Assembly: GCA_030390025.1 (NCBI GenBank)
Contig: CM059431.1
Coordinates: 124,126,001 to 124,190,000, forward strand
Direction: 5' to 3'
Length of the DNA stretch: 64,000 nucleotides
Origin: Squalus acanthias
Taxonomy: Eukaryota
Positions within the stretch are counted from its first letter, which is position 1. Every line of letters starts with the position of its first letter. Made by a program: the position numbers and the translations under genes. Shown piece after piece: positions 50,072 through 63,879 of this stretch. A model generated the notes under the pieces. That model ran no database searches and was not told where the DNA came from. It worked only from the letters and a program-made list of their open reading frames with translations.

Positions 50072-53000
50072 AATGACACCTCCTTCAATGGTCCGGTTCC
50101 TTCTCCTTGGCCTTGTGATGGCTGTTTTAATAATTTGATAGAAATGGAGCTACACTGGCCAGTGGTGATATTAGCAGTCAAATTCTTAATACATACTCAT
50201 GACAGCCCTCTGTCTGTTACTTTAAACCAAATGGTTAATGTCTCCATTTAATTCGCTGACAGAGGACAGGCATAGAACTGAACAAAGCATTTGTCCATTA
50301 TTATTGCACGTAATGCTTTCAAACCGATCTTCTGATTAGAAAGCTTTATTTTCTGTGAAAAAATTACAAGTACAATCATTAAAAGAACAGCAAAGTGGAC
50401 AGAAACATCATTACCAAGAACAGGCATGGGAGTTGAACTCTGACTGCTTCAGACTGGGGTTTAAAATTTATTATAGTCTTATTGATTAACAATGTCACTC
50501 GTAAAATATCCTCTAAGGTGTTAACCACTCTGGATGGTGCAGACTCACTCCCCATTACTGCATTGTCTGGATGGTGCAGACACTATCCCCATTACTGCAT
50601 GGTCTGGACGGTGCAGGCTCTCTCTCCATTATTGCATGGTCTGGATGGTGCAGACTCACTCCCCATTATTACATGGTCTGGATGGTGCAGACTCACTCCC
50701 CATTACTGCATGGTCGGGATGGTGCAGACACTCTCTCCATTACTGCATGGTCAGAATGGTGCAGACACTATCCCCATTACTGCAAGGTCTGGATGGTGCA
50801 GACACTCTCTCCATTACTGCAAGGTCTGGATGGTGCAGACTCTCTCCATTACTGCATGGTCTGGATGGTGCAGACTCACTCCCCATTACTGCATGGTCTG
50901 GATGGTGCAGACACTCTCTCCATTACTGCAAGGTCTGGATGGTGCAGACACTCTCTCTATTACTGCATGGTCTGGATGGTGCAGACACTCTCCATTACTG
51001 CATGGTCTGGATGGTGCAGACACTCTCCATTACTGCATGGTCTTGATGGTGCAGACACTCTCCATTACTGCATGGTCTGGATGGTGCAGACGCTCTTCCC
51101 ATTACTGCATTGTCTGGATGGTGCAGACACTCTCCATTACTGCATGGTCTGGATGTTGCAGACACTCTCCATTACTGCATGGTCTGGATGGTGCAGACAC
51201 TCTCATCATTACTGCATGGTCTGGATGGTGCAGACACTCCCTATAACTGCATGGTTTGTATGATGCAGACACACTTCCCATTACTGCATGGTCTGGATGG
51301 TGCAGACACTCTCTCCATTACTGCAAGGTCTGGATGGTGCAGACACTCTCTCTATTACTGCATGGTCTGGATGGTGCAGACACTCTCCATTACTGCATGG
51401 TCTGGATGGTGCAGACACTCTCCATTACTGCATGGTCTTGATGGTGCAGACACTCTCCATTACTGCATGGTCTGGATGGTGCAGACGCTCTTCCCATTAC
51501 TGCATTGTCTGGATGGTGCAGACACTCTCCATTACTGCATGGTCTGGATGTTGCAGACACTCTCCATTACTGCATGGTCTGGATGGTGCAGACACTCTCA
51601 TCATTACTGCATGGTCTGGATGGTGCAGACACTCCCTATAACTGCATGGTTTGTATGATGCAGACACACTTCCCATTACTGCATGGTCTGGATGGTGCAG
51701 ACACTCTCTCCATTACTGCATGGTCTGGATGGTGCAGAGACTCTGTCCATTACTGCATGATCTGAATGGTGCATACTCTCTCTCCATTACTGCATGATCT
51801 GAATGGTGCAGACTCTCTCTCCATTACTGCATGGTCTGGATGGTGCAGACTCTCTCTCCATTACTGCATGGTCTGGATGGTGCAGACTCTCTCCATTACT
51901 GCATGGTCTGGATGGTGCAGACTCTCCCCATTACTGCATGGTCAGAATGGTGCAGACGCTCTCTCCATTACTGCATGATCTGCATGGTGCAGACTCTCTC
52001 TCCATTACTGCATGGTTCGGATGGTGCAGACTCTCTCCCCATTACTGCATGGTCTGGATGGTGCAGACTCTCTCCATCACTGCAAGGTCTAGATGGTGCA
52101 GACTCTCTCTCCATTATTGCATGGTCTGGATGGTGCAGACTCTCTCCATTACTGATTGGCCTGGATGGTGCAGACTCTCTCCATTACTGCATGGTCTGGT
52201 AGGTGCAGACTCTCTCCAATACTGCATGGTCTGGAAGGTGCAGACTCTCTCCATTGCTGCATGGTCTGGATGGTGCAGACTCTCTCTCCATTACTGATTG
52301 GCCTGGATGGTGCAGACACTCTCCATTGCTGCATGGTCTGGAAGGTGCAGATTCTCTCTCCATTACTGCATGGTCTGGATGGTGCAGACTCTCTCTCCAT
52401 TACTGCATGGTCTGGATGGTGCAGACTCTCTCTCCATTACTGCATGGTCTGGATGGTGCAGATTCTCTCCATTAATGCATGGTCTGGATGGTGCAGACTC
52501 TCTCTCCATTACTGCATGATCTGAATGGTGCAGACCCTCTCCATTACTGCATGGTCTGGATGGTGCAGACACTCTCCATTACTGCATGCTCTTGATGGTG
52601 CAGACACTCTCCATTACTGCATTGTCTGGATGGTGCAGACGCTCTTCCCATTACTGCATTGTCTGGATGGTGCAGACACTCTCCATTACTGCATGGTCTG
52701 GATGTTGCAGACACTCTCCATTACTGCATGGTCTGGATGGTGCAGACACTCTCATCATTACTGCATGGTCTGGATGGTGCAGACACTCCCTATAACTGCA
52801 TGGTTTGTATGATGCAGACACACTTCCCATTACTGCATGGTCTGGATGGTGCAGACACTCTCTCCATTACTGCATGGTCTGGATGGTGCAGAGACTCTGT
52901 CCATTACTGCATGATCTGAATGGTGCATACTCTCTCTCCATTACTGCATGATCTGAATGGTGCAGACTCTCTCTCCATTACTGCATGGTCTGGATGGTGC

Positions 53001-54538
53001 AGACTCTCTCTCCATTACTGCATGGTCTGGATGGTGCAGACTCTCTCCATTACTGCATGGTCTGGATGGTGCAGACTCTCCCCATTACTGCATGGTCAGA
53101 ATGGTGCAGACGCTCTCTCCATTACTGCATGATCTGCATGGTGCAGACTCTCTCTCCATTACTGCATGGTTCGGATGGTGCAGACTCTCTCCCCATTACT
53201 GCATGGTCTGGATGGTGCAGACTCTCTCCATCACTGCAAGGTCTAGATGGTGCAGACTCTCTCTCCATTATTGCATGGTCTGGATGGTGCAGACTCTCTC
53301 CATTACTGATTGGCCTGGATGGTGCAGACTCTCTCCATTACTGCATGGTCTGGTAGGTGCAGACTCTCTCCAATACTGCATGGTCTGGAAGGTGCAGACT
53401 CTCTCCATTGCTGCATGGTCTGGATGGTGCAGACTCTCTCTCCATTACTGATTGGCCTGGATGGTGCAGACACTCTCCATTGCTGCATGGTCTGGAAGGT
53501 GCAGATTCTCTCTCCATTACTGCATGGTCTGGATGGTGCAGACTCTCTCTCCATTACTGCATGGTCTGGATGGTGCAGACTCTCTCTCCATTACTGCATG
53601 GTCTGGATGGTGCAGATTCTCTCCATTAATGCATGGTCTGGATGGTGCAGACTCTCTCTCCATTACTGCATGATCTGAATGGTGCAGACCCTCTCCATTA
53701 CTGCATGGTCTGGATGGTGCAGACTCTCTCTCCTTTACTGCATGGTCTGGATGGTGCAGACTCTCTCCATTACTGCATGATCTGAATGGTGCAGACCCTC
53801 TCCATTACTGCATGGTCTGGATGGTGCAGACTCACTCCATTATTGCATGGTCTGGATGGTGCAGACTCTCTCCATTACTGCATGGTCTGGATGGTGCAGA
53901 CTCTCCCCATTACTGCATGGTCTGGAAGGTGCAGAGACCCTGTCCATTACTGCATGGTCAGAATGGTGCAGACGCTCTCTCCATTACTGCATGATCTGCA
54001 TGGTGCAGACTCTCTCTCCATTACTGCATGGTCTGGATGGTGCAGACTCGCTCTCCATTACTGCATGGTCTGGATGGTGCAGACTCTCTCTCCATTACTG
54101 CATGGTCTGGATGGTGCAGACTCTCCATTAATGCATGGTCTGGATGGTGCAGACTCTCTCTCCATTACTGCATCGTCTGGAAGGTGCAGACTCTCCCCAT
54201 TACTGCATGGTCTGGATGGTGCAGACTCTCCATTAATGCATGGTCTGGATGGTGCAGACTCTCTCTCCATTACTGCATGGTCTGGATGGTGCAGACTCTC
54301 TCCATTACTGCATGGTCTGGATGGTGCAGACTCTCCCCCCATTACTGCATGGTCAGGATGGTGCAGACTCTCCCCCCATTACTGCATGGTAAGGATGGTG
54401 CAGACAATCACTCCATTACTGCATTGTCTGGATTGTGCAGACATTCTCCATTACTGCATGGTCTGGATGGTGCAGACTCTCTCCATTACTGCATGGTCTG
54501 GATGGTGCAGACACTCTCCATTACTGCATGGTCTGGAT

Positions 54539-56236
54539 TGTAGGGGGTGGTGTTTTTGTGTCAGTTTTACTCTGACTTCTGAGCGGTTCGAATCGCTCCC
54601 GCTCCCTTGGTTCTAGACCTTGGACTTATTTGGGGGTTGTGATACAAAAGGTGCAGCAGACAACTGGTTTTGATGAAAGAACTTCAATCTTTATTGAAAG
54701 GTAAGACTCAAATAATGACACTCTTATCACTCTAAAGGTGGGGAACACTTCGGTACAAGCGAGGGAAATGACAGTATAACAATACTTCACCCCTTCCAAC
54801 CCCAATTTTCCAGCTAAGTTAGGTTTTGCAGGACCAGGGATAATGCTCACCAATCCTTTGACAGTTGAGCTAAATCGCGGTTTTGGGGTTCGCTGTTTAT
54901 GGCAGTTAGTGTCTGCCGTACCCTGTACGCGGTAGAGGACTTCACCTGGGTCTCTGGTCAGTCTTCGCGAGTCCGCTGATGCGGCAGGATGTCGTTATGG
55001 ATTTATCTGGTGAGTACCCAATTTCTTTAGTTGAGCATTAGGGATTAGAGTCTTCGGGGAAAATCTTACCCAGGGGTAAGTCAGGAGTAGTTTGTAGTGG
55101 GGAAACTTTGCGATTCTTCGGGTTTTCTTCCCTGGAGTTGGTCTTTGTTGGTCGCGGTGTCCTGCAATTACCCAGTCAGTTGGGGGTAATGCGCGGTTGT
55201 TGGCTTCGTGAGGCCTTTGGTTTCCGCGATGGCTTTAGGCCTTGGTTGGTGTGTCGGTCAACCTCGTGGAGCCGTCAGTGACTTGTTGCTGCTTGTTGCT
55301 CCGGGTATCTGTGTTGGGGCCGTTGTTGGGGGTCCGTCGAGGTGGTGTCTTCGCGAGCTGGACTCAGGTGTGTCTGAGTGGTGAGCGATGCCGACTCGCT
55401 TCCAGCTCGGACCTTCTTCTTCTTGGTCTCTCCTCCATCTGATGACCACCAGTTGCGACTGACTGCTCCACCCAATGAACGCTGAACCGTAGTGTTTCTC
55501 TCTCTTCTTGCTCCCCTGGTTTGTGCTTGGTGGGCCTTCAATTATACAGAATTGAAGTGGCCTTATCTACCCGCCAAAACTGGTCAGTTCATTGTCTAGT
55601 TTTGGTGGGCTCGTAAATCAGTAACGATTTACTAGCACGTTAACTGGGTTTTAACAGGCCTTCAATCTCGCCCATTGAATATGGCCATATCTACCCGCCA
55701 AATCTGTTCAGTTCATTGTCTGAACTTGGCGGGTCTGCTACCAGTAACTGCTCTGTAAGTGTCAAATGGGTTTTGGGATGGTTTGCATCCTATCGATCTC
55801 CATGGCTGATTGCTGGTGATTGGTTTTGTGTTTTGGGTTCCTCAGCTGATCTATAGCCTAGTCCTGGAACTCTGTATTATGCATGTTTCTTGATGGGTCC
55901 TGTAATCGGTTTGATGGGACCTGTTGTTTTGGGTGGGGCTGTCTTCTCCTAGGGTCTATTATCAAAATGTTAATGCATGCTGGGGCTTTCAGTGAGGTCA
56001 TCCCGGTTCCCCAGACAATGCAATTAACTGCAATAACCAAAACTGTTTTTGCACAGGTTGATTCCACATTCTTTCGCAGCCTTTTTCTCCCTTTACATGG
56101 TTGTAAAATGCCAAAACTTGGTTTTTGGTCTCACAGTCTCTTAAGTTAGGCCCAAATACAATATTATCACTCTGAGGTAGTTCCAAAGTCCTTTTTCCTT
56201 AGGTTTTGGGGATCTGTAAATTTTGGAAACCTTACA
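54539..56236 (-). mobile_element. Solo LTR (1698 bp), copy 1, in the satellite
   Basis: TGTAGGGG...CCTTACA termini, TSD GGAT from the satellite monomer; TTTATT (minus-strand AATAAA) ~54690 suggests minus orientation. Confidence 0.85.
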
Positions 56237-57935
56237 GGATGGTGCAGACACTCTCCATTACTGCATGGTCTGGATGGTGCAGACTCTCTCTCCATTACTG
56301 CATGGTCTGGATGGTGCAGACAATCTCCATTACTGCATGGTCTGGATGGTGCAGATTCTCTCTCCATTACTGCATGGTCTGGATGGTGCAGACTATCTCT
56401 CGATTACTGCATGGTCTGGATGGTGCAGATTCTCTCTCCATTACTGCATGGTCTGGATGGTGCAGACTCTCTCTCGATTACTGCATGGTCTGGATGGTGC
56501 AGACTCTCTCCCCATTACTGCATGGTCTGGATGGTGCAGACACTCTCCCCATTACTGCATCGTCAGGATGGTGCAGACTCTCTCCATTACTGCATGGTCT
56601 GGATGGTGCAGACTCTCCCCATTACTGCATGGTCAGAATGGTGCAGACGCTCTCTCCATTACTGCATGATCTGCATGGTGCAGACTCTCTCTCCATTACT
56701 GCATGGTTCGGATGGTGCAGACTCTCTCCCCATTACTGCATGGTCTGGATGGTGCAGACTCTCTCCATCACTGCAAGGTCTAGATGGTGCAGACTCTCTC
56801 TCCATTATTGCATGGTCTGGATGGTGCAGACTCTCTCCATTACTGATTGGCCTGGATGGTGCAGACTCTCTCCATTACTGCATGGTCTGGTAGGTGCAGA
56901 CTCTCTCCAATACTGCATGGTCTGGAAGGTGCAGACTCTCTCCATTGCTGCATGGTCTGGATGGTGCAGACTCTCTCTCCATTACTGATTGGCCTGGATG
57001 GTGCAGACACTCTCCATTGCTGCATGGTCTGGAAGGTGCAGATTCTCTCTCCATTACTGCATGGTCTGGATGGTGCAGACTCTCTCTCCATTACTGCATG
57101 GTCTGGATGGTGCAGACTCTCTCTCCATTACTGCATGGTCTGGATGGTGCAGATTCTCTCCATTAATGCATGGTCTGGATGGTGCAGACTCTCTCTCCAT
57201 TACTGCATGGTCTGGATGGTGCAGACTCTCTCTCCTTTACTGCATGGTCTGGATGGTGCAGACTCTCTCCATTACTGCATGATCTGAATGGTGCAGACCC
57301 TCTCCATTACTGCATGGTCTGGATGGTGCAGACTCACTCCATTATTGCATGGTCTGGATGGTGCAGACTCTCTCCATTACTGCATGGTCTGGATGGTGCA
57401 GACTCTCCCCATTACTGCATGGTCTGGAAGGTGCAGAGACCCTGTCCATTACTGCATGGTCAGAATGGTGCAGACGCTCTCTCCATTACTGCATGATCTG
57501 CATGGTGCAGACTCTCTCTCCATTACTGCATGGTCTGGATGGTGCAGACTCGCTCTCCATTACTGCATGGTCTGGATGGTGCAGACTCTCTCTCCATTAC
57601 TGCATGGTCTGGATGGTGCAGACTCTCCATTAATGCATGGTCTGGATGGTGCAGACTCTCTCTCCATTACTGCATCGTCTGGAAGGTGCAGACTCTCCCC
57701 ATTACTGCATGGACTGGATGGTGCAGACTCTCCCCCCATTACTGCATGGTCAGGATGGTGCAGACTCTCCCCCCATTACTGCATGGTAAGGATGGTGCAG
57801 ACAATCACTCCATTACTGCATTGTCTGGATTGTGCAGACATTCTCCATTACTGCATGGTCTGGATGGTGCAGACTCTCTCCATTACTGCATGGTCTGGAT
57901 GGTGCAGACACTCTCCATTACTGCATGGTCTGGAT

Positions 57936-59633
57936 TGTAGGGGGTGGTGTTTTTGTGTCAGTTTTACTCTGACTTCTGAGCGGTTCGAATCGCTCCCGCT
58001 CCCTTGGTTCTAGACCTTGGACTTATTTGGGGGTTGTGATACAAAAGGTGCAGCAGACAACTGGTTTTGATGAAAGAACTTCAATCTTTATTGAAAGGTA
58101 AGACTCAAATAATGACACTCTTATCACTCTAAAGGTGGGGAACACTTCGGTACAAGCGAGGGAAATGACAGTATAACAATACTTCACCCCTTCCAACCCC
58201 AATTTTCCAGCTAAGTTAGGTTTTGCAGGACCAGGGATAATGCTCACCAATCCTTTGACAGTTGAGCTAAATCGCGGTTTTGGGGTTCGCTGTTTATGGC
58301 AGTTAGTGTCTGCCGTACCCTGTACGCGGTAGAGGACTTCACCTGGGTCTCTGGTCAGTCTTCGCGAGTCCGCTGATGCGGCAGGATGTCGTTATGGATT
58401 TATCTGGTGAGTACCCAATTTCTTTAGTTGAGCATTAGGGATTAGAGTCTTCGGGGAAAATCTTACCCAGGGGTAAGTCAGGAGTAGTTTGTAGTGGGGA
58501 AACTTTGCGATTCTTCGGGTTTTCTTCCCTGGAGTTGGTCTTTGTTGGTCGCGGTGTCCTGCAATTACCCAGTCAGTTGGGGGTAATGCGCGGTTGTTGG
58601 CTTCGTGAGGCCTTTGGTTTCCGCGATGGCTTTAGGCCTTGGTTGGTGTGTCGGTCAACCTCGTGGAGCCGTCAGTGACTTGTTGCTGCTTGTTGCTCCG
58701 GGTATCTGTGTTGGGGCCGTTGTTGGGGGTCCGTCGAGGTGGTGTCTTCGCGAGCTGGACTCAGGTGTGTCTGAGTGGTGAGCGATGCCGACTCGCTTCC
58801 AGCTCGGACCTTCTTCTTCTTGGTCTCTCCTCCATCTGATGACCACCAGTTGCGACTGACTGCTCCACCCAATGAACGCTGAACCGTAGTGTTTCTCTCT
58901 CTTCTTGCTCCCCTGGTTTGTGCTTGGTGGGCCTTCAATTATACAGAATTGAAGTGGCCTTATCTACCCGCCAAAACTGGTCAGTTCATTGTCTAGTTTT
59001 GGTGGGCTCGTAAATCAGTAACGATTTACTAGCACGTTAACTGGGTTTTAACAGGCCTTCAATCTCGCCCATTGAATATGGCCATATCTACCCGCCAAAT
59101 CTGTTCAGTTCATTGTCTGAACTTGGCGGGTCTGCTACCAGTAACTGCTCTGTAAGTGTCAAATGGGTTTTGGGATGGTTTGCATCCTATCGATCTCCAT
59201 GGCTGATTGCTGGTGATTGGTTTTGTGTTTTGGGTTCCTCAGCTGATCTATAGCCTAGTCCTGGAACTCTGTATTATGCATGTTTCTTGATGGGTCCTGT
59301 AATCGGTTTGATGGGACCTGTTGTTTTGGGTGGGGCTGTCTTCTCCTAGGGTCTATTATCAAAATGTTAATGCATGCTGGGGCTTTCAGTGAGGTCATCC
59401 CGGTTCCCCAGACAATGCAATTAACTGCAATAACCAAAACTGTTTTTGCACAGGTTGATTCCACATTCTTTCGCAGCCTTTTTCTCCCTTTACATGGTTG
59501 TAAAATGCCAAAACTTGGTTTTTGGTCTTACAGTCTCTTAAGTTAGGCCCAAATACAATATTATCACTCTGAGGTAGTTCCAAAGTCCTTTTTCCTTAGG
59601 TTTTGGGGATCTGTAAATTTTGGAAACCTTACA
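57936..59633 (-). mobile_element. Solo LTR copy 2
   Basis: Near-identical to copy 1 at an offset of 3397 bp, same TSD and flanking monomer variants. Confidence 0.85.
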
Positions 59634-62600
59634 GGATGGTGCAGACACTCTCCATTACTGCATGGTCTGGATGGTGCAGACTCTCTCTCCATTACTGCAT
59701 GGTCTGGATGGTGCAGACAATCTCCATTACTGCATGGTCTGGATGGTGCAGACTCTCTCCATTACTGCATGGTCTGGATGGTGCAGATTCTCTCTCCATT
59801 ACTGCATGGTCTGGATGGTGCAGACTCTCTCTCGATTACTGCATGGTCTGGATGGTGCAGATTCTCTCTCCATTACTGCATGGTCTGGATGGTGCAGACT
59901 CTCTCTCGATTACTGCATGGTCTGGATGGTGCAGACTCTCTCCCCATTACTGCATGGTCTGGATGGTGCAGACACTCTCCCCATTACTGCATCGTCAGGA
60001 TGGTGAAGACACACTCCATTACTGCATGGTCTGGATGTTGCAGACTCTCTCCCCATTACTGCATGGTCTGGATGGTGCAGACATAATCCATTACTGCATG
60101 GTCTGGATGGTGCAGACACTCTCCATTACTGCATGTTCTGGATGGTGCAGACACTCTCCATTACTGCATGGTCTGGATGGTGCAGACTCGCTCTCCATTA
60201 CTGCATTGTCTGGATGGTGCAGAATCTCTCTCCATTACTGCATTGTCTGGATGGTGCAGACTCTCTCTCCATTACTGCATTGTCTGGATGGTGCAGACAA
60301 TCTCCATTACTGCATGGTCTGGATGGTGCAGACTCTCTCTCCATAACTGCTTTGTCTGGATTGTGCAGACTCTCTCCATTACAGCATGGTCTGGATGGTG
60401 CAGACACTCTTCAATACTGCATGGTCTGGATGGCGCAGACTCTCTCTCCATTACTGCACGTTCTGGATGGTGCAGACATTTTCCCCATTATTCCATGGTC
60501 TGGATTGTGCAGACAGTCCCCCCATTACAGCATGGTCTGGATTTTGCAGACACTCTCCCTATTACTGCATGGTCTGGATGGTGAGACTCTCTCCATTGCT
60601 GCATTGTCTGGATGGTGCAGACTCTCTCCATTGATGCATGGTCTGGTTGGTGCAGACTCTTTCCATTGATGCTTGGTCTGGATGGTGCAGACACTCTCCC
60701 CATTACTGTATTGTCTGGATGGTGCAGATCCTCTGCATTACTGCATGGTCTGGATGGTGCAGACACTCTCCATTACTGCATGGTCTGGATGGTGCAGACT
60801 CTCTCTCCATTACTGCATGGTCTGGATGGTGCAGACACTCTCTCCATTTATGCATGGCCTGGATGGTGCAGACACTCTCCATTACTGCATGGTCTGGATG
60901 GTGCAGGCTCTCTCCATTACTGTATGGTCTGGATTTTGCAGACACTCTCCCTATTACTGCATGGTCTGGATGGTGCAGACACTCTCCATTATTGCATTGT
61001 CTGGATGTTGCAGATTCTCCCCGTTACTGTATGGTCTGGATGGTGCAGACTCTCTCTCCATTACTGCATGGTCTGGATGGTGCAGACACTCTCTCCATTT
61101 ATGCATGGCCTGGATGGTGCAGACACTCTCCATTACTGCATGGTCCGGATGGTGCAGGCTCTCTCCTTTACTGTATGGTCTGGATGGTGCAGACTCTCCC
61201 CATTACTGCATGGTCTGGATGGTGCAGCCTCTCTCTCCATTCCTGCAAGGTCTGGATGATGCAGACACTCTCCCCATTACTGTATGGTCTGGATAGCGCA
61301 GATCCTCTCCATTACTGCATGGTCAGGAAGGTGCAGACACTCTCCACTACTGCATGGTCAGGAAGGTGCAGACACTCTCCAGCACTGCATGGTCTGGATG
61401 GTGCAGACACTCTCCATTACTGCATGGTCAGGATGGTGCAGACACTCGGCATTACTGCATGGTCTGGATGGTGCAGGCACACTCCCCATTACTGCGTCAT
61501 CAGGATGGTGTCGACACACTCCATTACTGCATGGTTTGGATGTAGCAGACTCTCTCCCCATTACTGCATGATCTGGATGGTGCAGACAATCTCTCCATTG
61601 CTGCATGGTATGGATGGTGCAGAGACTCTCATCATTACTGCATGGTCTGGATGGTGCAGACACCTCTCCATTACTGCATGGTCTGGATTGTCCAGACACC
61701 TCTCCATTACTGCATGTTCTGGATGGTGCAGACACTCTCCATTATGGCATGGTCTGGATGGTGCAGACTCTCTCTCCATAACTGCTTTGTCTGGATGGTG
61801 CAGACTCTCTCCATTACTGCATGGTCTGGATGGTGCAGACACTCTCCATTACTGCATGCTCTGGATGGTGCAGACTCTCTCCATTACAGCATGGTCTGGA
61901 TGGTGCAGACACTCTTCAATACTGCATGGTCTGGATGGCGCAGACTCTCTCTCCATTACTGCACGTTCTGGATGGTGCAGACACTTTCCCCATTATTCCA
62001 TGGTCTGGATTGTGCAGACAGTCCCCCCATTACAGCATGGTCTGGATTTTGCAGACACTCTCCCTATTACTGCATGTTCTGGATGGTGAGACTCTCTCCA
62101 TTGCTGCATTGTCCGGATGGTGCAGACTCTCTCCATTGCTGCATGGTCTGGATGGTGCAGACTCTCTCCCCATTACTGTATTGTCTGGATGGTGCAGATC
62201 CTCTGCATTACTGCATGGTCTGGATGGTGCAGACACTCTCCATTACTGCATGGTCTGGATGTTGCAGATTCTCCCCATTACTGCATGGTCTGGATGGTGC
62301 AGACTCTCTCTCCATTACTGCATGGTCTGGATGGTGCAGACTCTCTCTCCATTACTGCATGGTCTGGATGGTGCAGACTCTCTCTCCATTACTGCATGGT
62401 CTGGATGGTGCAGACTCTCTCCATTACTGCATGGTCTGGATGGTGCAGACTCTCCCCATTACTGCATGGTCAGAATGGTGCAGACGCTCTCTCCATTACT
62501 GCATGATCTGCATGGTGCAGACTCTCTCTCCATTACTGCATGGTTCGGATGGTGCAGACTCTCTCCCCATTACTGCATGGTCTGGATGGTGCAGACTCTC

Positions 62601-63879
62601 TCCATCACTGCAAGGTCTAGATGGTGCAGACTCTCTCTCCATTATTGCATGGTCTGGATGGTGCAGACTCTCTCCATTACTGATTGGCCTGGATGGTGCA
62701 GACTCTCTCCATTACTGCATGGTCTGGTAGGTGCAGACTCTCTCCAATACTGCATGGTCTGGAAGGTGCAGACTCTCTCCATTGCTGCATGGTCTGGATG
62801 GTGCAGACTCTCTCTCCATTACTGCACGTTCTGGATGGTGCAGACTCTCTCTCCATTACTGATTGGCCTGGATGGTGCAGACACTCTCCATTGCTGCATG
62901 GTCTGGAAGGTGCAGATTCTCTCTCCATTACTGCATGGTCTGGATGGTGCAGACTCTCTCTCCATTACTGCATGGTCTGGATGGTGCAGACTCTCTCCAT
63001 TGCTGCATGGTCTGGATGGTGCAGACTCTCTCCATTGCTGCATGGTCTGGATGGTGCAGACTCTCTCTCCATTACTGCATGGTCTGGATGGTGCAGACTC
63101 TCTCTCCATTACTGCATGATCTGAATGGTGCAGACCCTCTCCATTACTGCATGGTCTGGATGGTGCAGACTCTCTCTCCTTTACTGCATGGTCTGGATGG
63201 TGCAGACTCTCTCCATTACTGCATGATCTGAATGGTGCAGACCCTCTCCATTACTGCATGGTCTGGATGGTGCAGACTCACTCCATTATTGCATGGTCTG
63301 GATGGTGCAGACTCTCTCCATTACTGCATGGTCTGGATGGTGCAGACTCTCCCCATTACTGCATGGTCTGGAAGGTGCAGAGACCCTGTCCATTACTGCA
63401 TGGTCAGAATGGTGCAGACGCTCTCTCCATTACTGCATGATCTGCATGGTGCAGACTCTCTCTCCATTACTGCATGGTCTGGATGGTGCAGACTCGCTCT
63501 CCATTACTGCATGGTCTGGATGGTGCAGACTCTCTCTCCATTACTGCATGGTCTGGATGGTGCAGACTCTCCATTAATGCATGGTCTGGATGGTGCAGAC
63601 TCTCTCTCCATTACTGCATCGTCTGGAAGGTGCAGACTCTCCCCATTACTGCATGGACTGGATGGTGCAGACTCTCCCCCCATTACTGCATGGTCAGGAT
63701 GGTGCAGACTCTCCCCCCATTACTGCATGGTAAGGATGGTGCAGACAATCACTCCATTACTGCATTGTCTGGATTGTGCAGACATTCTCCATTACTGCAT
63801 GGTCTGGATGGTGCAGACTCTCTCCATTACTGCATGGTCTGGATGGTGCAGACACACTCCATTACTGCATGGTCTGGAT

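Larger units (their letters stand above)
42517..50124. mobile_element. Harbinger copy E (contains a Gypsy insertion; right end missing)
   Basis: Left TIR GGGAGAGAAATTCGG; transposase +, Myb -; homology to other copies stops at ~50124. Confidence 0.88.

Noticed and set aside
50529..63879. CRISPR-like array (repeat length ~35 bp, partly palindromic)
   Set aside because: No unique spacers; head-to-tail monomers; vertebrate repeat context and no cas genes
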